Assembly (NCBI RefSeq): GCF_014252415.1
Contig: NZ_CP059223.1
Coordinates: 210,001-242,000 of the forward strand
Length of the DNA: 32,000 nt
From: Candidatus Saccharimonadota bacterium
Lineage (GTDB): Bacteria; Bacteroidota; Bacteroidia; Flavobacteriales; Blattabacteriaceae
Direction: 5' to 3'
A model generated the notes under the pieces. The model was not told the origin of the DNA and made no database searches. It saw only the letters and a program-made list of their open reading frames with translations. This document shows, piece by piece, positions 15,992-23,013 of this stretch (position 1 is the first letter of the stretch; each line of letters opens with the position of its first letter). A program made the position numbers and the translations under genes.

Positions 15992-17653
15992 ATGAAAAAC
16001 GTAAGTATTTTTATTGTCGCTTTACTTGCTTTTTTTTCTAATCTTTTTTCTCAAAATGAGGAAAACGAAAAAAATGTAAAAAAAAATTTATCTATAAAAT
16101 TAGGAACAAGCGACATCAATTTTTTTTCTGAAAAAAATCCTTTTGAAGGTTTTTTTTCTTATAATAATAATAGCATAGGTCCATCTTCTAATATAGAATT
16201 AGGATATAATATTAATGACCGTATAGGTCTTTATGTAGATGGAACCTTAGGGTTGGTAAAAAATCATAGATGGAAAGTAGGTAATTCTCAATTTGCTAAA
16301 TTGAGTAGTGGATTAAAAGTTCACGCATTACCCGATCATCAAATTGATCCTTACCTAAGATTAGGTGGTGGATATCATAGATCCAATGCATATTTAAAAA
16401 ATGATTTAAAAATTTCTGAGACACAATTATTCAGAACAAATAAACAAAATTTTCCACTTATAGATGGAGGAATTGGAGTAAATTTTTGGGTACATCCCAA
16501 TGCAGGAATGAATATAAGTAGTACTTATAATCATGTTTTTTCAAAACAATCAAAAAATTATTTAGATTTTTTAAAACATGATATAGGTTTAATATTTCGT
16601 TTTAAAAATTTTTTAAATAAGGAAAGTAATGAAAAGAAGATAATTTCTTCTTTATCAGACAATGAAAAAGATAAAAATCTAAAACAAAATGATAAAGATA
16701 ATCCTAAAGATGATCTAAAAGATTCAAATAAAAAATTAGATGATGATGATGAAAAATTAAATTTGAAAAAAAAACAGTTAATTACAAATTTAAATAATGA
16801 TTTATTTTCTGGATTAAAATTCATTGATAAAGACAAAAACAAATACGAAGACAAAAATAAAGAACAAGATAAAAACAAAGACGAAGACAAAAATAAAGAA
16901 CAAGATAAAAACAAAGACGAAGACAAAAACAAAGACGAAAACAAAAACAAAGACGAAAACAAAAACAAAGACGAAAACAAAAACAAAGACGAAAACAAAA
17001 ACAAAGACGAAAACAAAAATAAAGACGAAGACAAAAACAAAGACGAAGACAAAAACAAAAACGAAAACAAAAATAAAAACGAAAACAAAAACAAAGACGA
17101 AAATAAAAACAAAGAACAAGATAAGACTACTGGTAAAAAACAACCTGAAAAATCTAATAATCAACCTATTATTGATGAAGAAAAACTAATATCTGATAAT
17201 AATACAAAAAGTTTTAAAAAAAATAACAAAAAACAAAAAGGAAAAAAAACACAAAATAATAAGAAAAATCCTTCTAAAAAGAAAACTGAAAAACCTTCTA
17301 AACCTTCTAGGGGTGCTAACAAGAAACCTTCTAATAAATGGGGTGCTAAAAGAAAACCTAATAAATGGGGTGCTAACAAGAAACCTTCTAATAAATGGGG
17401 TGCTAAAAGAAAACCTAATAAATGGGGTGCTAAGAGAAAACCTAATAAATGGGGTGCTAAGAGAAAACCTAATAAATGGGAGGCTAAGAAAAAACCTAAT
17501 AAATGGGGTGCTAAGAGAAAACCTAATAAATGGGAGGCTAAGAAAAAACCTAATAAATGGGAAGCTAAGAAAAAACCTAATAAATGGGAGGCTAAGAAAA
17601 AACCTTCTAATAAATGGGAGGCTAAGAAAAAACCTTCTAATAAAAAAAAGTAA
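15992..17653 (+). CDS. Outer-membrane beta-barrel protein (small OmpA-TM/OMP_b-brl type) with a long repeat-built charged C-terminal tail
   Basis: 553 aa. Signal-peptide-like N-terminus MKNVSIFIVALLAFFSNLFSQ. Residues about 30-205 show beta-strand periodicity and end in DIGLIFRF. The remaining ~350 aa are low-complexity: a [D/N]KNK[D/N/E][E/Q] array, then 11 copies of NKW[G/E]AK[R/K]KP. No OmpA_C-like region is visible. Confidence 0.7.
   Translation: MKNVSIFIVALLAFFSNLFSQNEENEKNVKKNLSIKLGTSDINFFSEKNPFEGFFSYNNNSIGPSSNIELGYNINDRIGLYVDGTLGLVKNHRWKVGNSQFAKLSSGLKVHALPDHQIDPYLRLGGGYHRSNAYLKNDLKISETQLFRTNKQNFPLIDGGIGVNFWVHPNAGMNISSTYNHVFSKQSKNYLDFLKHDIGLIFRFKNFLNKESNEKKIISSLSDNEKDKNLKQNDKDNPKDDLKDSNKKLDDDDEKLNLKKKQLITNLNNDLFSGLKFIDKDKNKYEDKNKEQDKNKDEDKNKEQDKNKDEDKNKDENKNKDENKNKDENKNKDENKNKDENKNKDEDKNKDEDKNKNENKNKNENKNKDENKNKEQDKTTGKKQPEKSNNQPIIDEEKLISDNNTKSFKKNNKKQKGKKTQNNKKNPSKKKTEKPSKPSRGANKKPSNKWGAKRKPNKWGANKKPSNKWGAKRKPNKWGAKRKPNKWGAKRKPNKWEAKKKPNKWGAKRKPNKWEAKKKPNKWEAKKKPNKWEAKKKPSNKWEAKKKPSNKKK
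16826..17125 (+). repeat. In-frame 18-bp tandem repeat array (about 16 units) encoding [D/N]KNK[D/N/E][E/Q]
   Basis: Read directly. The unit gacgaaaacaaaaacaaa starts at 16934, 16952, 16970, 16988 and 17006; the first four copies are identical and the fifth differs by one nt. Diverged units flank them, including a duplicated 36-bp super-unit (gacaaaaataaagaacaagataaaaacaaagacgaa) near 16850-16921. Confidence 0.9.
17312..17643 (+). repeat. In-frame 27/30-bp tandem repeat array (11 units) encoding Trp-containing polybasic nonapeptides
   Basis: TGG codons lie at 17339, 17366, 17396, 17423, 17450, 17477, 17504, 17531, 17558, 17585 and 17615. The spacings are 27 nt except for two of 30 nt. There are two unit families: ...tggggtgctaagagaaaacctaataaa (WGAKRKPNK) and ...tgggaggctaagaaaaaacctaataaa (WEAKKKPNK). 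Confidence 0.9.
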
Positions 17654-17804
17654 ATCATTTGTAAAACATGAAGAAAAAAAATGAACTATTCATAGTTTGT
17701 TTTTCATGTTTATAAAAAAAAATACTTTTTTTAAAAAATTATTTAAATTCAAATTCTTTTAAAAAAGAATTAATAATTTAATTAATCTATTTTTTTATTT
17801 TAAT

Positions 17805-17848
17805 AAAATCCTCTTGTATTTTAATATATAAGAGGGTTTTATTTTTTT
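17805..17848 (+). terminator. Candidate intrinsic terminator (hairpin plus T-run) downstream of the repeat-protein gene
   Basis: Stem aaaatcctctt (17805-17815) pairs with aagagggtttt (17830-17840): 11 bp including one G-U pair, with 4 G-C pairs. The loop is 14 nt and the stem is followed by atttttttg. It overlaps the tatC stop codon on the other strand. Hairpins are easy to find in DNA this AT-rich, so confidence is modest. Confidence 0.35.
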
Positions 17849-18621
17849 GAAGAAATCCATAAACTTATTTGATAAAGAATAATCATTGGTATTAATACTA
17901 TAATTGTACTTATTATATCTCCTGGGGTAATTGCGGATGCAATAATCAATTTTATTAGAAATGCATGTTTTTGATATTTTTTTAGAAATTTATGGGAAAT
18001 TAAATTTATTTTAGATAGAAAATAAATGAAACATGGAAATAAAAAAATAATCCCCATTAATAATATAGAATTTGTAATTATTGAAATATAATCAGATAAA
18101 TCAAATATATTTTTTGGGATATAACTAATTTTAAAGAAGTAAGAAAAATGAATTAAAAATGGACATAATATGTAATATCCAAAAAAAATTCCAGTAGAAA
18201 ATAAAATAAACATTATAAAAAAAATTTTTTTACAAAATTTTTTTTCTTTTTTAGAAAGAGCAGGGTTTATAAAGCCCCATAATTCATAAAAAATAAATGG
18301 AAAAGATATAATTATTCCTCCAATTAAACTAGTCCATATGTAAACATTAAATTGTCCAAACATTTTTCTATTTTGTATATATAAGTCTTTTTCAAAAAAT
18401 TGATGAGAGTTATATTTTATTATATTTTTTGTAATATATTTTAGTAAACGATAGGATATAAAATTCATTTTAGATGGACCAAATATTATTATATCAAATA
18501 CAATATGTTTATTAAGCATTAAAAAAATCATAGAAATAATAATTACGATAATACAACGAATTATACGAATCCTTAATTCTTCAATATGTTTCCAAAATGG
18601 CATTTTTATTTTTTTATTCAT
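17839..18621 (-). CDS. tatC: Twin-arginine translocase subunit TatC
   Basis: 260 aa. N-terminus MPFWKHIEELRIRIIRCII (the HLxELR motif of TatC), six predicted TM segments, and a PFIFYELWGFINPAL-type motif. Confidence 0.85.
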   Translation of the reverse strand: MNKKIKMPFWKHIEELRIRIIRCIIVIIISMIFLMLNKHIVFDIIIFGPSKMNFISYRLLKYITKNIIKYNSHQFFEKDLYIQNRKMFGQFNVYIWTSLIGGIIISFPFIFYELWGFINPALSKKEKKFCKKIFFIMFILFSTGIFFGYYILCPFLIHFSYFFKISYIPKNIFDLSDYISIITNSILLMGIIFLFPCFIYFLSKINLISHKFLKKYQKHAFLIKLIIASAITPGDIISTIIVLIPMIILYQISLWISSKK

Positions 18622-18651
18622 AAATTTTTCAAATTTAAAACGATAAACAAC

Positions 18652-19704
18652 ATGAAATGTGGAATTATAGGATTACCAAATATTGGTAAATCCACGTTAT
18701 TTAATATTGTATCTAATTCTAAAGCTTTATCAAAAAATTTCCCTTTTTGTACTATAAACCCTAATTATGGAATAATCAAAATATTAGATAAAAGATTGAC
18801 TGAATTAGAAAAAATTATTAATCCTTTGAAAATCACACCATCTGAAATAAAAATAGTTGATATAGCTGGTTTAATAAAAGGATCTCATAAAGGAGAAGGG
18901 TTAGGAAATAAATTTTTATCTCATATTCGTGAAACAAATGCTATCATTCATATGATACGTTTTTTTTATGACGAAAGTATCACTCATGTAGAAGGAAATA
19001 TTGATCCAGTTAGAGATAAAGAAATTATTGATACTGAATTACAAATGAAAGATTTAGAATCTATAGAAAAAAAAATATATCAAATTTCTCGTTTATATAA
19101 CAGTAATTATAATAAAAATGAATTTTATATTTTTTTAAAAAAAATCTTAAATTTTTTAATAAAAGGAAATAATATAAGAACATTTCCATTTAAAAAATGG
19201 GAAAAAAAATCTTTAGAAGAATTAAATTTATTGACTATCAAACCTATTTTATATATTTGTAATGTTAATAATTTTAATGATTTATATAAAAATTTAAAAA
19301 TAAAACAATTAAAAAAAATAATAAATAAAGAATCATCATCCATTTTATTTATTTCTTTAAAAAATAAAATTTGTTTCGATTTTGATAAATTTTTATACGA
19401 AATTATTTCTTTGCTTAATTTAAAAACATTTTTTACAGTAGGAAAAAATGAAGTTCGAGCTTGGAATATTCCAAAATCGTATACAGCATATGAAGCATCT
19501 TCTGTTATCCATACTGATTTTCAAAAAGGATTTATAAAAGCAGAAATTATTCATTATGATGATTATATTCAATATAAATCTGAGTATAATTTAAAAAAAT
19601 TAGGAAAAATTTTTTTATCTGGAAAAGATTATATCATTAATGATGGTGATATTGTTACTTTTCGATTTAATATTAATAAAAAAATTTTTTATAATCGTTG
19701 TTAA
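18652..19704 (+). CDS. ychF: Ribosome-binding ATPase YchF (Obg-family GTPase)
   Basis: MKCGIIGLPNIGKSTLFN (P-loop), FCTINPN, VDIAGLIKGSHKGEGLGNKFL, and C-terminal TGS-like GKDYIINDGDIVTFRFN. The ORF track starts at 18586, which overlaps the tatC start. The canonical start MKCGIIG is the ATG at 18652. Confidence 0.9.
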   Translation: MKCGIIGLPNIGKSTLFNIVSNSKALSKNFPFCTINPNYGIIKILDKRLTELEKIINPLKITPSEIKIVDIAGLIKGSHKGEGLGNKFLSHIRETNAIIHMIRFFYDESITHVEGNIDPVRDKEIIDTELQMKDLESIEKKIYQISRLYNSNYNKNEFYIFLKKILNFLIKGNNIRTFPFKKWEKKSLEELNLLTIKPILYICNVNNFNDLYKNLKIKQLKKIINKESSSILFISLKNKICFDFDKFLYEIISLLNLKTFFTVGKNEVRAWNIPKSYTAYEASSVIHTDFQKGFIKAEIIHYDDYIQYKSEYNLKKLGKIFLSGKDYIINDGDIVTFRFNINKKIFYNRC

Positions 19705-20746
19705 TATTATTTAATGTTTCGAATATTAATATAATAGATTTTTCTACATCGTATTTATTAACTACTTCTAATGAAGTATGCATATATTTTAATGGAATAG
19801 ATACTAAAGCACAAGATACTCCTTGATTAGAATATGCAAAAGCATCTGTATCTGTGCCTGTTCCATAACTAGATACTAATCGTTGAAATTTTATTTTATT
19901 ATTTATAGCGGTATTGATAAGTAAATCTCTAATTTTTTTTTGTATTGATGGTGCATATGTTATAACTGGTCCTAATCCACATTTTATGTCTCCCATTACT
20001 TTTTTCTCTATCATAGGAGTAGAAGTATCATGTGTAACATCTGTTATAATAGCAATATCTGGTTTTATATTATTAGAAATCATTTTTGCTCCTTTTAATC
20101 CTATTTCTTCTTGTACTGAATTTACTATATATAATCCATATTTTAAATCAATATTATTTTTTATAATCATTTTTATAGCTTCTGCTATTATAAATCCACC
20201 TATTTTATTATCTAAAGCTTTAGATACAATAAATTTTTTATTCATAAAAAAAAATTGATTAGGATATGATATCATACAACCAACATAGATTCCTAAATCT
20301 TGAACTTCTTTTTTATTTGATGCACCAACATCTATAAATATATTTTTTATTTGTGGGAATATTTCTTTATAAGACTTTCTAGTATGGATAGCAGGCCATC
20401 CGAAAACCCCACATACTGTTTTTCCATTTTTAGTATGAATTAAAACTTTTTTTGATGGAGTAATTTGATGATCCATTCCTCCATTGCGGGTTACATATAT
20501 TAATCCATCATCATCTATATAATTAACATACCATGATATTTCATCAACATGAGCTTCAATTATCAATTTTTTTGAATAATTAGGATTAATAATTCCTACA
20601 GCTGTACCATATAAATCTATATATACTTTTTCTACATAGGATTTTATATAGTTCATCCAAATTTTTTGTCCTATACATTCATCTCCGGTAGGAGAAAAAC
20701 TATTTAAATAGTTTTTTAAAAATTCAATAGAATCATTTTTTAACAT
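19673..20746 (-). CDS. M42-family metallo-aminopeptidase (FrvX/endoglucanase-like)
   Basis: 357 aa with SPTGDE near the N-terminus, IIEAHVDEI, SKALDNKIG, VQEEIGLKGA, and IITDVTHDTS followed by YMHT, as in M42 peptidases. Confidence 0.8.
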   Translation of the reverse strand: MLKNDSIEFLKNYLNSFSPTGDECIGQKIWMNYIKSYVEKVYIDLYGTAVGIINPNYSKKLIIEAHVDEISWYVNYIDDDGLIYVTRNGGMDHQITPSKKVLIHTKNGKTVCGVFGWPAIHTRKSYKEIFPQIKNIFIDVGASNKKEVQDLGIYVGCMISYPNQFFFMNKKFIVSKALDNKIGGFIIAEAIKMIIKNNIDLKYGLYIVNSVQEEIGLKGAKMISNNIKPDIAIITDVTHDTSTPMIEKKVMGDIKCGLGPVITYAPSIQKKIRDLLINTAINNKIKFQRLVSSYGTGTDTDAFAYSNQGVSCALVSIPLKYMHTSLEVVNKYDVEKSIILIFETLNNINNDYKKFFY

Positions 20747-20754
20747 AATAAATA

Positions 20755-21543
20755 TTAATAATTAATTGATCCTTTAAAAACAAATTTTACAGGACCGGTT
20801 AAATAAATATTTTCGTATTTATCATCTTTTTTTTCAAAAGACACTAATAAAATTCCACCTAAAGTAATAACTTTTATATTATTTTTCTTATTTATTTTTT
20901 TTGTTTCTACAAATGCAATGACTGATGCAACTACTCCAGTTCCACAAGATAAAGTTTCATTTTCTACTCCTCTTTCATAAGTTCTTACATATAAATAATT
21001 ATTATATATTTTTACGAAATTTACATTAACCCCATTTTTATATAAATTACTATATCTAATTTTTTTACCTTCTTTATACACATTAATATTTTCTTTTTTA
21101 TTTAAAAAAATAATATGATGAGGAGATCCTGTAAATAAAAAAGTATATTTTTCATATATTTTTATACTTTTTTTATCTATAGAAACAATATCAATAGATA
21201 TATTATTTTTTTTATGTATTAATCCTTGATGAGGTCCATTAATTGTATTAAAAAAAATTTTATTAGAATTCGTAATTCCTAACATATTAGAAAAATATAC
21301 GGCACACCTACCTCCATTTCCACACATAGTACCTTCTATTCCATTTGCATTATAATATTTCATATAAAAATTATATTTAGGATCTTTTTTTATTAAAATT
21401 AATCCATCAGATCCAATACCAATATGTCTATTACATAATTTTTTTATAAATTTTGGATCATTATGTATTTTCATTCCATGAAAAGAATTTATGATAATAA
21501 AATCATTTCCTGTTCCATGAAATTTAAAAAAATCAATTTTCAT
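20755..21543 (-). CDS. dapF: Diaminopimelate epimerase
   Basis: 262 aa with FFKFHGTGNDFIII and the two catalytic-Cys motifs MCGNGGRC and LSCGTGV. Confidence 0.9.
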   Translation of the reverse strand: MKIDFFKFHGTGNDFIIINSFHGMKIHNDPKFIKKLCNRHIGIGSDGLILIKKDPKYNFYMKYYNANGIEGTMCGNGGRCAVYFSNMLGITNSNKIFFNTINGPHQGLIHKKNNISIDIVSIDKKSIKIYEKYTFLFTGSPHHIIFLNKKENINVYKEGKKIRYSNLYKNGVNVNFVKIYNNYLYVRTYERGVENETLSCGTGVVASVIAFVETKKINKKNNIKVITLGGILLVSFEKKDDKYENIYLTGPVKFVFKGSINY

Positions 21544-21581
21544 AAATAAAAAAAATTAATAAATAAATTTAATTATTATTA

Positions 21582-21601
21582 ATTCAATTTTAAAATTGAA
21601 T
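21582..21601. promoter_or_regulatory. 20-bp perfect palindrome attcaatttt|aaaattgaat in the dapF/htrA divergent spacer
   Basis: Read directly. The half-sites TTCAATT/AATTGAA are separated by ttaa. It lies 23-42 nt upstream of the candidate htrA -7 box. Confidence 0.3.
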
Positions 21602-21623
21602 CGTATTTATATTATTTTCTAAA

Positions 21624-21631
21624 TATATTTG
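21624..21631 (+). promoter_or_regulatory. Candidate -7 box (TATATTTG) upstream of htrA
   Basis: Exact TAnnTTTG match 39 nt upstream of the ATG at 21670, flanked by two palindromes. Confidence 0.3.
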
Positions 21632-21641
21632 TTTTTTAATT

Positions 21642-21655
21642 TTCAATTAATTGAA
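21642..21655. promoter_or_regulatory. 14-bp perfect palindrome ttcaatt|aattgaa between the candidate htrA -7 box and the htrA start
   Basis: Read directly. It uses the same TTCAATT/AATTGAA half-sites as the 20-bp palindrome 40 bp upstream, here with no spacer. Confidence 0.3.
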
Positions 21656-21669
21656 TTATATGATAAATT

Positions 21670-23013
21670 ATGAAGAAAATAATTTTTTATATTATATTAA
21701 CTAGTTTTATTAGTTCAGTAATAAGTATTGCAGCATATAAAAAATATCTTGAAAAAGAATCTTTTATATTTCCATACAATACTTCTTCTACTATTAAAAA
21801 TAATAGACGATCATTCTCATCATTGAATAATGAATATCATAATGATTTCACTAAAGTAGTAGAAAAAACTGTACATTCAGTTGTTAATGTAAGAAATTTT
21901 TCAAAAAATACAAATAATTATAATTTTGATCCATTTGAATTTTTTTTTGGATTTCCTAATAATGAATTTAATAGAGATAATGGTAATAAATTTCAAGAAG
22001 GTGGTAAAGCACCAATATATCATGGATCAGGCGTTATAATATCATCTGATGGATATATCGTAACTAATCATCATGTTATAAAAAATTCATATAAAATTGA
22101 AGTTACACTTAATGATCAAAGAATTTATAAAGCTAGATTAGTAGGAACTGATCCTAGTACTGATGTAGCTTTACTAAAAATAGAAGAAAAAAATTTACCA
22201 TTCGTATATTTTTCTGATTCTAATAAAGTAAAAGTAGGAGAATGGGTTTTAGCAATAGGAAATCCATTTGATTTAAATTCAACAGTTACAGCTGGAATAA
22301 TTAGTGCTAAAAATAGAAGTTTAGGAATATTAAGAGAAGAAAATATATCAGCAATTGAATCATTTTTTCAAACAGATGCAGCAGTAAATCCTGGAAATAG
22401 TGGGGGTGCTCTATTAAATACTAATGGTGAGTTAATTGGAATTAATACAGCTATTTCCTCTTCTTCAGGAAACTTTATAGGATATAGTTTTGCAGCACCT
22501 TCCAATTTAGTATTAAAAGTAGTTCAAGATATAAAAAAATATGGGGAAGTAAAAAGAGCATTTTTAGGTATTAAGGGAATGGATTTATCTAAAATAGAAT
22601 TATTAAAATTTTTTAATAAAAGAAATAATAAAAATGTTCAACCACAATCAGGGTTTTTAGTCGGAGAAGTTTTTTATGGAGGTAGTGCTTATGAAGCAGG
22701 AATTAAAAAAGGAGATATTATAAAAAGTATAAATAATAGTAGTATTAGAAATGTTTCAGATCTTTCATTTATTATAGGTATTAAAAGACCTGGAGATTAT
22801 ATAAAAATTATTGTATTACGTGATAAAACTTTGAAAAGTTTCAATGTTTTATTAAAAAGTATTTATGGAACAGATGATAAAACAAAAGAAAATAAAAGTC
22901 AAACAAAATCTACATCAAATTTATTAAATTACACATGGAAATCATTAATTGAAAAATATCATAAATATTTTAATATATTTATTTTCATTCATTATTTCTT
23001 TTACAATAAATAA
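21670..23013 (+). CDS. htrA: HtrA/DegP-family periplasmic serine protease with a single PDZ domain
   Basis: 447 aa with an N-terminal signal/anchor. Catalytic triad contexts: TNHHV, TDVALLKI and GNSGGAL. One PDZ (GFLVGEVFYGGSAYEAGIKKGDIIKSINN). An odd 50-aa tail overlaps the next gene. Confidence 0.85.
   Translation: MKKIIFYIILTSFISSVISIAAYKKYLEKESFIFPYNTSSTIKNNRRSFSSLNNEYHNDFTKVVEKTVHSVVNVRNFSKNTNNYNFDPFEFFFGFPNNEFNRDNGNKFQEGGKAPIYHGSGVIISSDGYIVTNHHVIKNSYKIEVTLNDQRIYKARLVGTDPSTDVALLKIEEKNLPFVYFSDSNKVKVGEWVLAIGNPFDLNSTVTAGIISAKNRSLGILREENISAIESFFQTDAAVNPGNSGGALLNTNGELIGINTAISSSSGNFIGYSFAAPSNLVLKVVQDIKKYGEVKRAFLGIKGMDLSKIELLKFFNKRNNKNVQPQSGFLVGEVFYGGSAYEAGIKKGDIIKSINNSSIRNVSDLSFIIGIKRPGDYIKIIVLRDKTLKSFNVLLKSIYGTDDKTKENKSQTKSTSNLLNYTWKSLIEKYHKYFNIFIFIHYFFYNK

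Noticed and set aside
16826-17643. Possible CRISPR array or mobile-element repeat
   Set aside because: The units are contiguous with no unique spacers, are only 18 and 27/30 bp long, lie inside one reading frame, and have no cas, transposase or integrase genes nearby.
16558-17684. Five extra long ORFs across the repeat region on both strands (16558-17112 -, 16814-17164 -, 16824-17189 +, 17161-17658 -, 17313-17684 +)
   Set aside because: They are a side-effect of the tandem repeats, whose a/c/g-poor periodic sequence lacks stop codons in several frames. Their products are monotonous (FLFS..., FVFV..., KTKT..., LLGFFLASH...). None has a start context or a signal. Only the 15992-17653 frame is continuous with a signal peptide and a barrel domain.
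17664-17715. Imperfect hairpin (aaacatgaa ... ttcatgttt) and a 15-codon micro-ORF MKKKNELFIVCFSCL (17668-17715) resembling a lipoprotein signal peptide, in the 185-bp spacer after the repeat-protein gene
   Set aside because: It is too short to support. The hairpin is almost all A-T with a large interior loop and no adjacent T-run. It could be a relic of a lost lipoprotein gene, but nothing in the sequence allows a test without comparative data.
18630-18637. TAAATTTG (-7 box consensus) on the minus strand in front of tatC
   Set aside because: It lies only 9 nt upstream of the tatC ATG. That would imply an essentially leaderless transcript, so the position is not comparable with the other candidates and it may be a chance match.
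18586-18651. N-terminal extension of the ychF ORF (and likewise 29176-29256 for murD and 4339-4362 for ccoS)
   Set aside because: The extensions overlap the neighbouring gene and add non-homologous F/Y/N-rich residues in front of canonical N-termini (MKCGIIGLPNIGKS; MKRKYITILGGGESG; MDIIII...). The internal ATGs were chosen instead.
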